Shown: positions 1 through 9,046 of the stretch, in pieces
Position numbering within the stretch: the first letter of the stretch is position 1
Layout of the letters: the number at the start of each line of letters is the position of its first letter
DNA from: a virus
Taxonomy: Duplodnaviria; Heunggongvirae; Uroviricota; Caudoviricetes
Virus record (IMG/VR): IMGVR_UViG_2541047854_000006
Direction: 5' to 3' (one strand)
Length of the DNA stretch: 25,093 bases
Notes under the pieces: model-generated
What the model was told of the DNA's origin: nothing
The model's input: only the letters and a program-made list of their open reading frames with translations
Databases searched by the model: none
Made by a program: the position numbers and the translations under genes

Positions 1-19
1 CTATTTGATAAATATTAAA

Positions 20-1300
20 TTAATTTTTCATTGCTTCGTTATGGGGCATGGTTGGGGCAAACTCGCTTAACTGTGTATTTAACAAAGCTACCTGTGCATT
101 ATTGTTTTCAGACATCCATTTTCCGTATACCTGAAATACCATTTGCGCATCTGCATGGCCCATCTGGTTTGCTATAAATGCCGGGTTAGCACCAGCTGTC
201 AGCGACCAGCAGGCATAAGTATGTCTCGACTGATATGATTTTCGATGGCGGAGTCCGGCACGTTTTATCGCTGCGTCCCACATCTGCCTTATTGAGTCAA
301 CGGTAAAATGGTCACCATAATTTTTTACTCTCGCTGACACTTCAGGTTGAAAAACAAAGGTGCATTTTTGTTTTTCTGTTCTGCCATACTCTCTGAGGTG
401 AACATCAATGATATGCTCTTTGCTCAGTCTCGTTAATGTCATCTGACTCCGGAGAGCGTCGATTGCTGGCTTAATAAGATGAATGACCCGATTGGTTCCC
501 GCCTGTGTTTTTGGTACCGTGAAACGGTCTTTTGCTAAATTTCTCCTGATCATCATTGTTCCATTTTTCAGATCTATGTCCTCCCATCCAAGTGCACACA
601 GCTCACCAGGGCGAACGCCAGTATAAACAGAAACACACCATAAATTTTTTGCTTGCTGATTTCTGCACGCATCGATAAGACGGATAAATTCTTCCCGCGA
701 AAGAGGATCCGGAATGGTTCTTGATTCCTTTAATGGCGAGATCCCCTTAAACGGATTATCTGCCAGGTAACCGTTATCAACACCAAACTGGAACACGGCG
801 TTAAGATTTGTCATGTAATTAATTACAGTTACAGCCGATCTCCCTGGTTGTGTAACAATATAGTTACTTTTGGGGATCTGGTATCCAGTCAGTAACTCTT
901 TACGAACCTCCAGTAATTTTTCTTTATTAATCGATGAGGCAAGATTTTTTTCACCGATTATGCTCAGGATATTTTTGATGACGGCACGGTATGTGTTGAG
1001 TGATGTTTTGGCGACTTCAGTTTCTTTCAGTGCCAGAAATTTTTCAGCCAGTTCTTTTATGGTTAAATCTTGTCGGGCCTCACCAAATTTTTCCAGATTG
1101 CGTGAGGAGGGAAACTGTTTTGCATAGTCGAAAACACCAGTTTTTATTGCGTAACAAACAGAGGAGCGTAGTTCACCTGCAACGCGCCTGTTTTTTGCTG
1201 TGTCAGGAACCCCCAGATTTTCCCTGACTCTTACGTCTTTATAAACAAACCAGATACGTAATTTCCCTCCATGGTTTTCCACGCCTGTCGGATATTTCAT
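20..1300 (-). CDS. Prophage tyrosine integrase (lambda/Rac IntR-like, N-terminal arm-binding domain)
   Basis: 431-aa ORF 20..1315; N-terminus KYPTGVENHGGKLRIWF resembles arm-binding N-domain of lambdoid integrases; C-terminal catalytic region has R...HxxR...Y residues (RHRKSYQSRHTYACW, VFQVYGKW). Start set at second Met (MKYPTG) because it has a GAGAGAAG RBS-like sequence upstream; first Met at 1315 lacks one. Confidence 0.85.
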   Translation of the reverse strand: MKYPTGVENHGGKLRIWFVYKDVRVRENLGVPDTAKNRRVAGELRSSVCYAIKTGVFDYAKQFPSSRNLEKFGEARQDLTIKELAEKFLALKETEVAKTSLNTYRAVIKNILSIIGEKNLASSINKEKLLEVRKELLTGYQIPKSNYIVTQPGRSAVTVINYMTNLNAVFQFGVDNGYLADNPFKGISPLKESRTIPDPLSREEFIRLIDACRNQQAKNLWCVSVYTGVRPGELCALGWEDIDLKNGTMMIRRNLAKDRFTVPKTQAGTNRVIHLIKPAIDALRSQMTLTRLSKEHIIDVHLREYGRTEKQKCTFVFQPEVSARVKNYGDHFTVDSIRQMWDAAIKRAGLRHRKSYQSRHTYACWSLTAGANPAFIANQMGHADAQMVFQVYGKWMSENNNAQVALLNTQLSEFAPTMPHNEAMKN

Positions 1301-1334
1301 TTCAACTTCTCTCATTAGTTAGTGTGGCTTTTAG

Positions 1335-1586
1335 TCAAGTAAGATGACGTCTTGGTCTCGCTGATGCCTGGCGCTCAATCCAGCGATCAATTTCTTCCAG
1401 GTTGTAAAAGCATGGACTGTTATCCCATGGCATACCGTCATGAGCGACATGCTTATATTCCCTTCCTTCCATAAACGATTTTTCCCGGGCCTTTTTTAAC
1501 GTACCTTTTTTTATTCCTTTCAGCGCAATTAACTGCTCTTCGGATACCCATTTGCCGGGAGAGACAATCATGATTACTTCGCTCAT
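1335..1586 (-). CDS. Putative excisionase-like small protein (Xis position, directly upstream of int)
   Basis: 83-aa ORF immediately upstream of and co-oriented with the integrase; size and position typical for a lambdoid excisionase. Function inferred from context only. Confidence 0.45.
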   Translation of the reverse strand: MSEVIMIVSPGKWVSEEQLIALKGIKKGTLKKAREKSFMEGREYKHVAHDGMPWDNSPCFYNLEEIDRWIERQASARPRRHLT

Positions 1587-1658
1587 CGATTTCTTTATCT
1601 CTTACATCAGACGAGCGCCGGTTGCAGAATACCAGTCACAACCGGCGACAGTTGAACA

Positions 1659-3788
1659 TTAAGAATCAGCCTGACTCGGGATCAGTTTTTGCCAGATAAC
1701 TGAAACGTATTTTGCCTGGTAACGGGCGTCATCAAGTGCATTATGGCGCTCACCTTCGAATGGAATAGCCGTTCTGGCATCGAAGTCTATGGCTTTCCCC
1801 AGCTCAACGATTGTGCGTACATCGCGATCGTTGTAGTAACGCCACGGGCAGGGGATCCCCTGCCGTTCGTATGAACGGCGCAAAATCGTGTTGTCGAAGT
1901 TGGCTCCATTTCCCCAAACCTGAACAAAAAATTCACCGGAGTTTTCGTCGATAAATTCTCGCAATTGTAACAGTGCATCATCTAACGGGATTTCATCGGT
2001 CATAATGGCAGATTGCGCTTCGCGTGATTGCTTAAGCCACCATTTAATGGTGTCCCGATCAATGACTCCGCCAGCAGTTTCCAGATCGATAGTCTTACTA
2101 AATTCCGGTCCCATATCTCCGGTTTGCGGATCGAAAAATATTGCACCTATTGAGATGATCGGGGCATCAGGATTTTTTCCCATGGTTTTAAGGTCGATCA
2201 TTAGATGGTCACACGTCCTGCTGGTGGATGTGATTTCGTGATGACCGTTCACCTTAATTGGGTGATCTGCCGTCTCGCCAGTTTCATTATCGCTATTGTG
2301 ATGCTGATTGCCGCCAGTGTTCTCCTTGTGTGGATGTTCAGCGCCTTCCATTTCCTCCGGATCATCTTCCTGAACTTCAACCTGATACTCTTCATCGAAT
2401 GTTTCTTGGTATGTTGCGTCGCCCATCACCGCGCCACAATCAGGGCAGTTGCCGCCGCCGGTCTGACCGCAGGCGGTGCAGACTTTTTCCACTTCCTGTT
2501 GCGCTACTGGTTCAGGCTGTTTCGTTTCTGGCTCGTTTTGTAACGCATTTGGACTGTTTTGTTCCGCTTTTTGGTAGTTCCGTTCCGATTCATGCTGGTT
2601 CTGGTTCACAGAATCGCGGGTCTGGAGCCCCTTAACCCATTTCGGATCATTCGGGTCACTAATCCCTTCAACAAATTCACCACGTGATGCAGCAAGCAAC
2701 TTATCGGCGTCAGGCTGGCTGATATTGGCTGCCTGCATAATTTTGTTTACTTCGCCAGCGGTAACTTTTATCGGCTCTGGTTGTTCTGAATCTTCAGCGG
2801 TATCTACATTTTGCGGTAAGCCCGTGTATGTGCCATTTTTTCGGGCAAAATATTCTTCTTTTGTGATTTCAGTGGCGCCAGCAGCCAGTGCCTTATCCAG
2901 ACCAGAGAGTTTGTTTGCGCGACCGTATTTTTCTCCGTCCTTATCTGCGAAGAGGAAATAGAACGGCCCCTCACGCTCTACAGATGGTTCAGCTTCCGGC
3001 GCGGTTTCATTTTTTGGGATATCAGATACCTCAGTTTCCACTGCATCAGTTTGTGTTTCTGATGACTGGAGAACATCAACAGTGCCCAGGTCTGTTTCTT
3101 CATTCTCAAACACGCCCTTTGTCGTCAGGTATTCGCAGATATATTTGTTCAGTGCTACGGGATCTTTGTGAATGTCGATCGGACGCTCACGGACAAGGCC
3201 AAAAATAGTTTGGCGGTCGTAGCGAAGGGCATCAGGCTGTTTGCGCATTGATGCCGAGATACGCTTCCAGTCTTCGCGGTCGTTGTCGATAACTTCTTTT
3301 TTTGCCCAGCGATGGATGCTGCCGTCAATGTTTCCGGCATCCACATCACTAGGCCAGAGAGCGTAGGCCAGTTCGTCATCCAGTGTTTTCCATGTCTGCT
3401 TGTATTCGCGATGAATGGCAGCAATGACCGGGCTGATTTTTCCTGTTGAATTTTCAGTGTACTGTTGATTGGCTCTGGCGCGGGCGAGATCAACAACAGA
3501 CGTGTATTTTCCGGTTTCCTTGCGTTCACCTTCGCGACGTTTTTTCCAGATGCGCATCTCTGCCTGAATTTCGGGCCATTTAGCACCAGGAATACATTTA
3601 TGCTTAACCCACCCAATGGCGTGCAACTTAAGCTCCGGATACATGGCGTTAACTTCTGGCATTTTCATCAACGCTTCAACGATATGTCCGTCGAATGTTG
3701 CCATGTCTTCCTGCAACAATTCCTGTGCGCTAATAACCATAGCGGAACTGTTTGCTGAGAACACCGTGCGGTGTGTTGATGCAAACAA
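1659..3788 (-). CDS. Exonuclease-like protein (709 aa): unknown N-terminal region, acidic low-complexity linker, C4 zinc ribbon, C-terminal DEDD-type 3'-5' exonuclease-like domain
   Basis: Long uninterrupted ORF; central acidic stretch (EEYQVEVQEDDPEEMEGAEH); CTACGQTGGGNCPDCG zinc-ribbon motif; C-terminal region with DLET (Exo I-like), and HNALDDARY (Exo III H-x4-D-like) motifs. Exact start uncertain (several Met near N-terminus). Confidence 0.7.
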   Translation of the reverse strand: MFASTHRTVFSANSSAMVISAQELLQEDMATFDGHIVEALMKMPEVNAMYPELKLHAIGWVKHKCIPGAKWPEIQAEMRIWKKRREGERKETGKYTSVVDLARARANQQYTENSTGKISPVIAAIHREYKQTWKTLDDELAYALWPSDVDAGNIDGSIHRWAKKEVIDNDREDWKRISASMRKQPDALRYDRQTIFGLVRERPIDIHKDPVALNKYICEYLTTKGVFENEETDLGTVDVLQSSETQTDAVETEVSDIPKNETAPEAEPSVEREGPFYFLFADKDGEKYGRANKLSGLDKALAAGATEITKEEYFARKNGTYTGLPQNVDTAEDSEQPEPIKVTAGEVNKIMQAANISQPDADKLLAASRGEFVEGISDPNDPKWVKGLQTRDSVNQNQHESERNYQKAEQNSPNALQNEPETKQPEPVAQQEVEKVCTACGQTGGGNCPDCGAVMGDATYQETFDEEYQVEVQEDDPEEMEGAEHPHKENTGGNQHHNSDNETGETADHPIKVNGHHEITSTSRTCDHLMIDLKTMGKNPDAPIISIGAIFFDPQTGDMGPEFSKTIDLETAGGVIDRDTIKWWLKQSREAQSAIMTDEIPLDDALLQLREFIDENSGEFFVQVWGNGANFDNTILRRSYERQGIPCPWRYYNDRDVRTIVELGKAIDFDARTAIPFEGERHNALDDARYQAKYVSVIWQKLIPSQADS

Positions 3789-3876
3789 GATTAGCCATGA
3801 CTAACATATCGGTCAAGTGATTTTGTATGCTATAGCTAACATAATTGATGTGGTAAAAGATAACTCATTGATGATG

Positions 3877-4284
3877 TTATCTTTTATTTGTCCGCTGACG
3901 GGCTTTTAGTAATTCTTCAAAGAGTTTATTGAAGTTTTTTACTCGAGCTCGCATTTCGGCGAGCTGGGTATCCTGTTCTGATTCTGGCAGTGCATTAAAC
4001 AGCTCAAGGAGCTCTAGTTCTTTGGGGGATAAGGTAACTGGCTTCTCAACAGGTGGTGTTGGTTGCTTGTCTTCATCGCCAAATAGAATCCATGTTGGTG
4101 AGCATTGCAATACTTTGCTGAGGGCAAAAAGGTTCTTCCCTGTAGGTTCACTATCACCCCGTTCCCATTGTGATACAGACACATGGGAGATTTTCAGGGC
4201 TTTAGCAAGAGACCTTTGGGTGTGTTTGAGGTTTTTCCGACGATACCTGATGCGTTCGCCGATAGTTAAATTTTTTGTTTCCAT
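3877..4284 (-). CDS. dicA: DicA, cI-like HTH repressor of the prophage immunity region
   Basis: 135-aa protein METKNLTIGERIRYRRKNLKHTQRSLAKALKISHVSVSQWERGDSEPTGKNLFALSKVL... matches my memory of E. coli DicA (XRE-family HTH); divergent from a Cro-like gene. Confidence 0.88.
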   Translation of the reverse strand: METKNLTIGERIRYRRKNLKHTQRSLAKALKISHVSVSQWERGDSEPTGKNLFALSKVLQCSPTWILFGDEDKQPTPPVEKPVTLSPKELELLELFNALPESEQDTQLAEMRARVKNFNKLFEELLKARQRTNKR

Positions 4285-4367
4285 AGTTAGCTAATGCTAA
4301 ATCGTATTGACTATGTTTTTGTTAACATCTATCTTGTTAGTTATGACTAACAATAAAGGTGTTTTAA
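4285..4367. promoter_or_regulatory. Divergent dicA/dicC promoter-operator region with two related palindromes
   Basis: Palindrome TTAGCTAATGCTAA at 4287..4300 and GTTAGTTATGACTAAC at 4336..4351 (shared TTAG-N-CTAA half-sites) lying between divergent start codons of repressor and Cro-like genes; AT-rich. Confidence 0.6.
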
Positions 4368-4598
4368 ATGCTTAAAACTGACGCTCTTTTGTATTTCGGT
4401 TCAAAAACAAAACTTGCACAAGCAGCAGGTATTCGTTTGGCTTCGCTTTATAGCTGGAAAGGGGATTTAGTTCCCGAAGGTCGCGCGATGCGTCTACAGG
4501 AGGCATCTGGCGGGGAGCTTCAGTATGATCCCAAAGTTTATGATGAATATCGTAAGACGAAGCGGGCGGGGCGGTTGAACAATGAAAATCACTCCTGA
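4368..4598 (+). CDS. dicC: DicC, Cro-like small DNA-binding regulator
   Basis: 76-aa protein MLKTDALLYFGSKTKLAQAAGIRLASLYSWKGDLVPEGRAM... matches remembered DicC; divergent from dicA as in cI/cro arrangement. Confidence 0.85.
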   Translation: MLKTDALLYFGSKTKLAQAAGIRLASLYSWKGDLVPEGRAMRLQEASGGELQYDPKVYDEYRKTKRAGRLNNENHS

Positions 4599-4921
4599 AC
4601 AGGCTCGTGAGGCTCTGGATGCCTGGATATGTCGACCAGGAATGACACAGGAGCAGTGGCGATGTATACAACTCCGGCTACGGGTTATTCCCCTCTGAAC
4701 AGGCGCGTAAGGACTGGCAAAACGCCCGCAAAAAACTCTCGAGGGCAAAGGTGAAGAAACCTGCTGTGGTTGATCCGGACCTTATCTGGTCATCACCTGA
4801 CGGAGAAATACGTCGCTACGACAGTCGCCTAAACATAATCTGTCGCGAGTGCCGGAAGAGCGAAGTTATGCAGCGCATACTGGCTTTCTATCAGGGTAAT
4901 TTTCAGGACGTGGCGCAGTGA
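4582..4921 (+). pseudogene. Early-right ORF apparently split by a +1 frameshift (or two short overlapping ORFs)
   Basis: Frame 1 ATG 4582 gives 38 codons ending at TGA 4696..4698; frame 2 is open from 4646 to TGA 4919..4921 (ends in GTGA overlap with next gene). Both frames contain a similar EQAR..DW motif. Alternative: second ORF starts at GTG 4751 with GAGGG RBS. Confidence 0.3.
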
Positions 4922-5364
4922 GTGCACCGGCAACCATTCTTGATATGTGCTGTGGCAGCCGCATGTTCTGGTTCGATAAGTCTGACGAACGGGCGATATT
5001 CAGCGATATCAGAAAAGAAGGATACACATTACGCAATGGGAGACGCTTGATTATCAGCCCTGACATTATCGCAGATTTTCGTGCATTATCATTTGCAGAC
5101 GCATCTTTTTCGATGGTTGTATTAGACCCTCCGCATCTTGAGAGTGTTGGTGATAACGCCTGGATGGGAAAGAAATATGGACGGCTGAATAAAGATGCCT
5201 GGCGTGATGATTCGCGACAGAGATTTAAAGAAGCCTTTCGGGTGTTGAGGCCGCACGGCGTTCTGATTTTTTAATGGAATGAAACGCAAATACCGGTAAG
5301 CCAGATTCTGGCACTGACAGACAGAAAACCTGTTATCTGTCAACGAACAGGGAAAAAACGATAA
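4918..5364 (+). pseudogene. Methyltransferase-like ORF (DPPH motif) interrupted by in-frame TAA
   Basis: ORF 4918..5274 (LDMCCGS and VVLDPPH motifs typical of SAM-dependent DNA methyltransferases) stops at TAA 5272..5274 but the same frame continues WNETQIPVSQ... to TAA 5362..5364; the sequence across the stop (GVLIF*WNET) resembles the conserved post-DPPY region of methyltransferases. Confidence 0.45.
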
Positions 5365-5696
5365 AACCCACTGGATTATTTTTATGAAAGAGGCATCCAG
5401 TGAGTAGATTCGTAAGGCTACAGATACGTATATCTGAATAATTAAATTCAGTTCTGTAAATAAAATTTAATCCTTAACCGGATGGATTTCTGCACCCTCA
5501 GAACATCAGGAGGCCGCCCGAAAGGGCGGTAGTGAAATGCGAAAGTTCAAAATTATTATTGAAACGGGAATAGCTGGTGGAGATTTTGAGGATGTATTCG
5601 AAGTGGACGATGACGCAACACCTGAGGAAATTCATGACGGAGCATAAGAAATTTTCTTTAACTACTGCAATTACTCATACCACGAAATAAAAGACG

Positions 5697-5888
5697 ATGA
5701 GGAAGAACAAAGTGGCTGATTTTTGTTCAGCTAAATATAACATCAGTTTTGAAGAGCGGGATGAACTATTAATGGACTATGGTGAGTTACGCGGTGGAAG
5801 TGCTGCTGATGTCGAATCCTAGCGTGATGACTATGAAGCGGGAAAAACTCCGGTCGAAGCATATTGTGATGAGTGGGGCGATGAATGA
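5697..5888 (+). pseudogene. Small ORF with in-frame TAG (41 codons, TAG at 5820..5822, 21 more codons)
   Basis: ATG 5697; same frame continues through the amber codon to TGA 5886..5888 which overlaps the next ATG (ATGA). Coding status uncertain. Confidence 0.3.
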
Positions 5889-6172
5889 GCGAGATTAATT
5901 ATCAGGAAGGGCATGAAACGGCGGGGCAAGCAAAACCAGTGGCATGGCGATATCGCTACGTGAAAAAAGGCGTTACGGACTTTCAGGGGAAGTAGTGGTC
6001 TGGTGACTGGAAATATGTACCGAAAAAAGAGGATTGTAACGACAGGCCGAACTATCAAATTCAGGCCTTATTCACTGCCTCACCAGTCCCAGTTACATCA
6101 GAAGAACTGGTTAAAGCTGTGCACTTTTATGAACAACTAAAACGCGAAAATCCACCAACATCCGGCAACTAG
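5885..6172 (+). pseudogene. Small ORF with in-frame TAG (36 codons, TAG at 5993..5995, 58 more codons)
   Basis: ATG 5885 MSEINYQEGHETAGQAKPVAWRYRYVKKGVTDFQGK, amber, then WSGDWKYVPKKEDCNDRPNYQIQALF...SGN with terminal TAG 6170..6172; non-repetitive protein-like composition on both sides of the stop. Confidence 0.3.
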
Positions 6173-6426
6173 ATTAATGGATTAACTATGTCGGTTAAAC
6201 GACCAGCCAACTGAAAAAGCGGAAACCTGATTACAGGTTGCCAGATAAGGCAATGAGCTACCTGGCGCGGAACGGACTGATAAGTATGGGGAATGTTTTA
6301 CGATGAACCTTTAGACTAAAGAGTTTGTAACGCTATGTAAGTGATTTTTTCTGGTTTAGATATTTATATGTCCGGCCAAATTGAGGTGTGTTTAAATGTA
6401 ATTGCACATTGATTGTAGGAGGAATA

Positions 6427-6606
6427 ATGAAAAACGCATTGCAGTTTTTGTTTGTTGCGTTCTGGTTGTTCGCATCATGTATGCCCATCATCTTCACAGC
6501 AAGGTATATGGAAAAAGTTGATGTTTTGATATTAATATTTGGATATATAAATGCCCTTTTTTTAGGGGTGTTCATGGCGGTCATGTGCATTGAATACTGG
6601 CGGTAA
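6427..6606 (+). CDS. Small hydrophobic membrane peptide (59 aa, two predicted TM segments)
   Basis: ATG 6427 preceded by TAGGAGGA RBS; MKNALQFLFVAFWLFASCMPIIFTARYMEKVDVLILIFGYINALFLGVFMAVMCIEYWR is dominated by two hydrophobic stretches. Confidence 0.45.
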   Translation: MKNALQFLFVAFWLFASCMPIIFTARYMEKVDVLILIFGYINALFLGVFMAVMCIEYWR

Positions 6607-6799
6607 ATACAGCGAACTCCATTGGTTTAGTTGGATATTTACTGTGCTGGACAAAAACGGTTTGCGGGGAAATCTTAGTTAAGTAGAATGACTGCGGGTG
6701 CTTGAGGCTATCTGCCTCGGGCATGGACACCAACGGCAGATAGAGAAAAGCCCCAGTTAACATTACGCGTCCTGCAAGACGCTTAACATTAATCTGAGG

Positions 6800-8500
6800 C
6801 CAATTTCATGCTAGACACATGTAGGTTAGCCTCTTACGTGCCGAAAGGCACGGAGAAGCAGGCTATTGTTAACACCAAGCTGTAATGTCCCCTTTGAACC
6901 ATTCTAAAATGTCCCCAGACAATTCTCTGGGGGATTTTTCATGATCAAAGAGACTGTTACGATGAGTCATAAGGAACTCCACCGACTTCAGATTATTCAG
7001 GAACAAGCTGCGGCACGCATTGGCATTTCTATTCGGCAGGTTAAACGTCTGGTGCAACGGTATAGAAATGAAGGGCCTTCTGGTCTGGTTTCCCACCGAC
7101 GTGGAAAGCGTCCTAATAATTCCTTTTCTACTGAATTCAGAGCAACAGTAATTTCACTCCTCAAAGGCCGTTACGCTGATTTTGGACCTACGTTTGCGTG
7201 CGAAAAATTGCGCGAGATACACGGTTTATCTTTATCCGTTGAAACTCTCAGAAAGTGGATGATAGAAGAGGGGTTATGGCGTGAACGCCGTCGTAAAATT
7301 GCCCGTATATATCAACGCCGCATGCGACGACCATCTTACGGTGAACTGATCCAGATTGATGGCTCACCTCATGACTGGTTTGAAAATCGAGGCCCCAGAT
7401 GTACACTGATCGTTTTCATTGATGATGCCACCAGTGCGTTGATGGCGTTGCGTTTTGTGCCTGCTGAAACAACCCGGGCTTACATGGAAACCCTCCGGGG
7501 TTACCTTAATGATCATGGCGTACCGCTCGCTCTCTACTCTGATAGACACAGTATATTCAGGGTAAATAACCCAGAGCGGGAAGGTGAGCTGACCCAGTTC
7601 ACTCGTGCGATAAAGACACTGGGCATCGAGCCAATCCATGCCAACAGCCCGCAGGCAAAAGGGCGGGTAGAGCGCGCCAATCAGACACTACAGGACAGGC
7701 TGGTCAAAGAAATGCGGCTTCAGAATATCAGTGATATTGAAACAGCAAATGCATGGTTGCCGACCTTTATTGAAGCCTATAACAACCGGTTCGCTACGTC
7801 GCCTCGTACTACTGATAATGCTCATCTTGATGTGCACCATTCTGAAGAGGAACTGGGTTATATCTTCAGCCTACAGGCGAAGCGCGTTCTGTCTAAAAAT
7901 CTCACTTTCCAGTACAAAAGCAGTGCGTTTCAGGTACGCAGTGAGGGCCGGGGATATCGACTTAGGCATTCGGTTGTTACTGTATGCGAGAACTTTGACG
8001 GTGAAATTAACGTTCTGTATGACGGGAAAGCGCTGGGCTGGGAAAAGTATGTTGATGGCCCGGAGCCTATACCACTGGATGATGAAAAGAGTGTCCATGA
8101 ACGAGTGGATAATGCCCGTATTGATTTACGCTCAAAATACTATGTTAAACCTAAAGCTGACCATCCCTGGCTTACGCGCCGAACGCAAAGTCATCAGCAA
8201 GTTAAGCCCCCGAAGTTACCTAAAAAGAAGCCTGATCCCGATAAAAAAGATTGAAACCAAGATCGATTCGGTTGAGTGCATATCCATTCATAGGGTAGAT
8301 TCTTAAGTCGCGTTTCTGGTGTTCATTTTCGGGTGGTTTGTTACTTGTTTTACCGGGGATATGCCAGAAACGCGCTGAGTCAGTCTGGGCGGTGCGCGTA
8401 ATGAGGCGTTATGGTAAATAGCCTATGCTAATGTCCGCTAAGAGCAAGAAGCGGAAGTTGGCAGTTTTGTGGACTGTCCCCACAAAAGTGACTACAGAAA
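6800..8500 (+). mobile_element. Insertion sequence-like element carrying a DDE transposase (boundaries approximate)
   Basis: Single transposase ORF interrupting prophage gene order between early-right remnants and flxA; terminal inverted repeats could not be defined by eye, so ends are estimates. Confidence 0.4.
6941..8254 (+). CDS. DDE transposase with N-terminal HTH and integrase-core (rve) domain, IS481/ISNCY-like
   Basis: 437-aa ORF; N-terminal HTH-like region (AAARIGISIRQVKRLVQRY); catalytic-core motifs LIQIDGSPHDW (D), LYSDRHSIF (D), GRVERANQTLQDRL (E); lysine/proline-rich C-terminal tail. Confidence 0.85.
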   Translation: MIKETVTMSHKELHRLQIIQEQAAARIGISIRQVKRLVQRYRNEGPSGLVSHRRGKRPNNSFSTEFRATVISLLKGRYADFGPTFACEKLREIHGLSLSVETLRKWMIEEGLWRERRRKIARIYQRRMRRPSYGELIQIDGSPHDWFENRGPRCTLIVFIDDATSALMALRFVPAETTRAYMETLRGYLNDHGVPLALYSDRHSIFRVNNPEREGELTQFTRAIKTLGIEPIHANSPQAKGRVERANQTLQDRLVKEMRLQNISDIETANAWLPTFIEAYNNRFATSPRTTDNAHLDVHHSEEELGYIFSLQAKRVLSKNLTFQYKSSAFQVRSEGRGYRLRHSVVTVCENFDGEINVLYDGKALGWEKYVDGPEPIPLDDEKSVHERVDNARIDLRSKYYVKPKADHPWLTRRTQSHQQVKPPKLPKKKPDPDKKD

Positions 8501-8649
8501 TAGTTGCAATTCATAATTGATCATGGGTTGTCAGTTAAACTCGTGGCGATTTAAATAGACTAATTGGGAGTGCGTCCATTACTTATATCTTGTAATGTTA
8601 ACTATCAGAAATGATACAAAGATAATATGTCTTTAAAGAAAAGGCTGAT

Positions 8650-8676
8650 GGCGAAAAGTGGCCCGATGAGGGCCAC
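8650..8676 (-). terminator. Rho-independent terminator downstream of flxA
   Basis: Minus-strand hairpin GTGGCCC-TCATC-GGGCCAC (plus coordinates 8658..8676) followed by TTTTCGCC. Confidence 0.5.
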
Positions 8677-8690
8677 AATACGGCTGTCAC

Positions 8691-9023
8691 TTAGACGTAA
8701 ATATCAATGGTGCCAGCGGTATTTGTATCGTCTTTTTTCTCTTCTTTTTTATCAGGCTGAACTGTCGCGTCTTCATTCTTTTTCTCTGCCTGCTGCCTTA
8801 ACAACTGCTCCAGTTGAGCCCAGAGGCTTTCAATTTGCTTCTGTACCAATGCAGCCATTTCTTTTTTCTGCTGTGTCGTCATCCCCTCTTCCGATGAGAT
8901 TTTCCCAAGCTTTTCAGTCAGCACCTGAATTTGTCTTGTGATTTTGGCTATTTCTGATGTTCCTTCCGGGGCGGAGTTGTTTGAAATAACGGTTGAGGTA
9001 TTTCCCTGAATTGTGACAGACAT
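8691..9023 (-). CDS. flxA: FlxA, sigma-28 (FliA)-dependent prophage protein
   Basis: 110-aa protein MSVTIQGNTSTVISNNSAPEGTSEIAKITRQIQVLTEKLGK... matches remembered FlxA; sigma-28 promoter found upstream. Confidence 0.85.
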   Translation of the reverse strand: MSVTIQGNTSTVISNNSAPEGTSEIAKITRQIQVLTEKLGKISSEEGMTTQQKKEMAALVQKQIESLWAQLEQLLRQQAEKKNEDATVQPDKKEEKKDDTNTAGTIDIYV

Positions 9024-9046
9024 AGATTTCTCCTTTTAAAAAAGCA

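Noticed and set aside
2005-3758. Several plus-strand ORFs of 78-125 aa (for example 2205..2543, 2258..2635, 2888..3208, 3465..3758) inside the 709-aa minus-strand gene
   Set aside because: They are antisense to a long, motif-bearing ORF, have no RBS, and show low-complexity or arginine/cysteine-rich composition; judged to be shadow ORFs.
3789-3876. Looked for a DicF-like small RNA or dicB gene in this element
   Set aside because: No matching hairpin/terminator structure or small ORF resembling DicB was found in the gap between dicA and the exonuclease-like gene or elsewhere in the window.
6601-8620. Attempted to define terminal inverted repeats and target duplication of the IS-like element
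   Set aside because: Only short, mostly direct similarities were found on the two flanks; no convincing inverted repeat pair by eye, so boundaries are left approximate.
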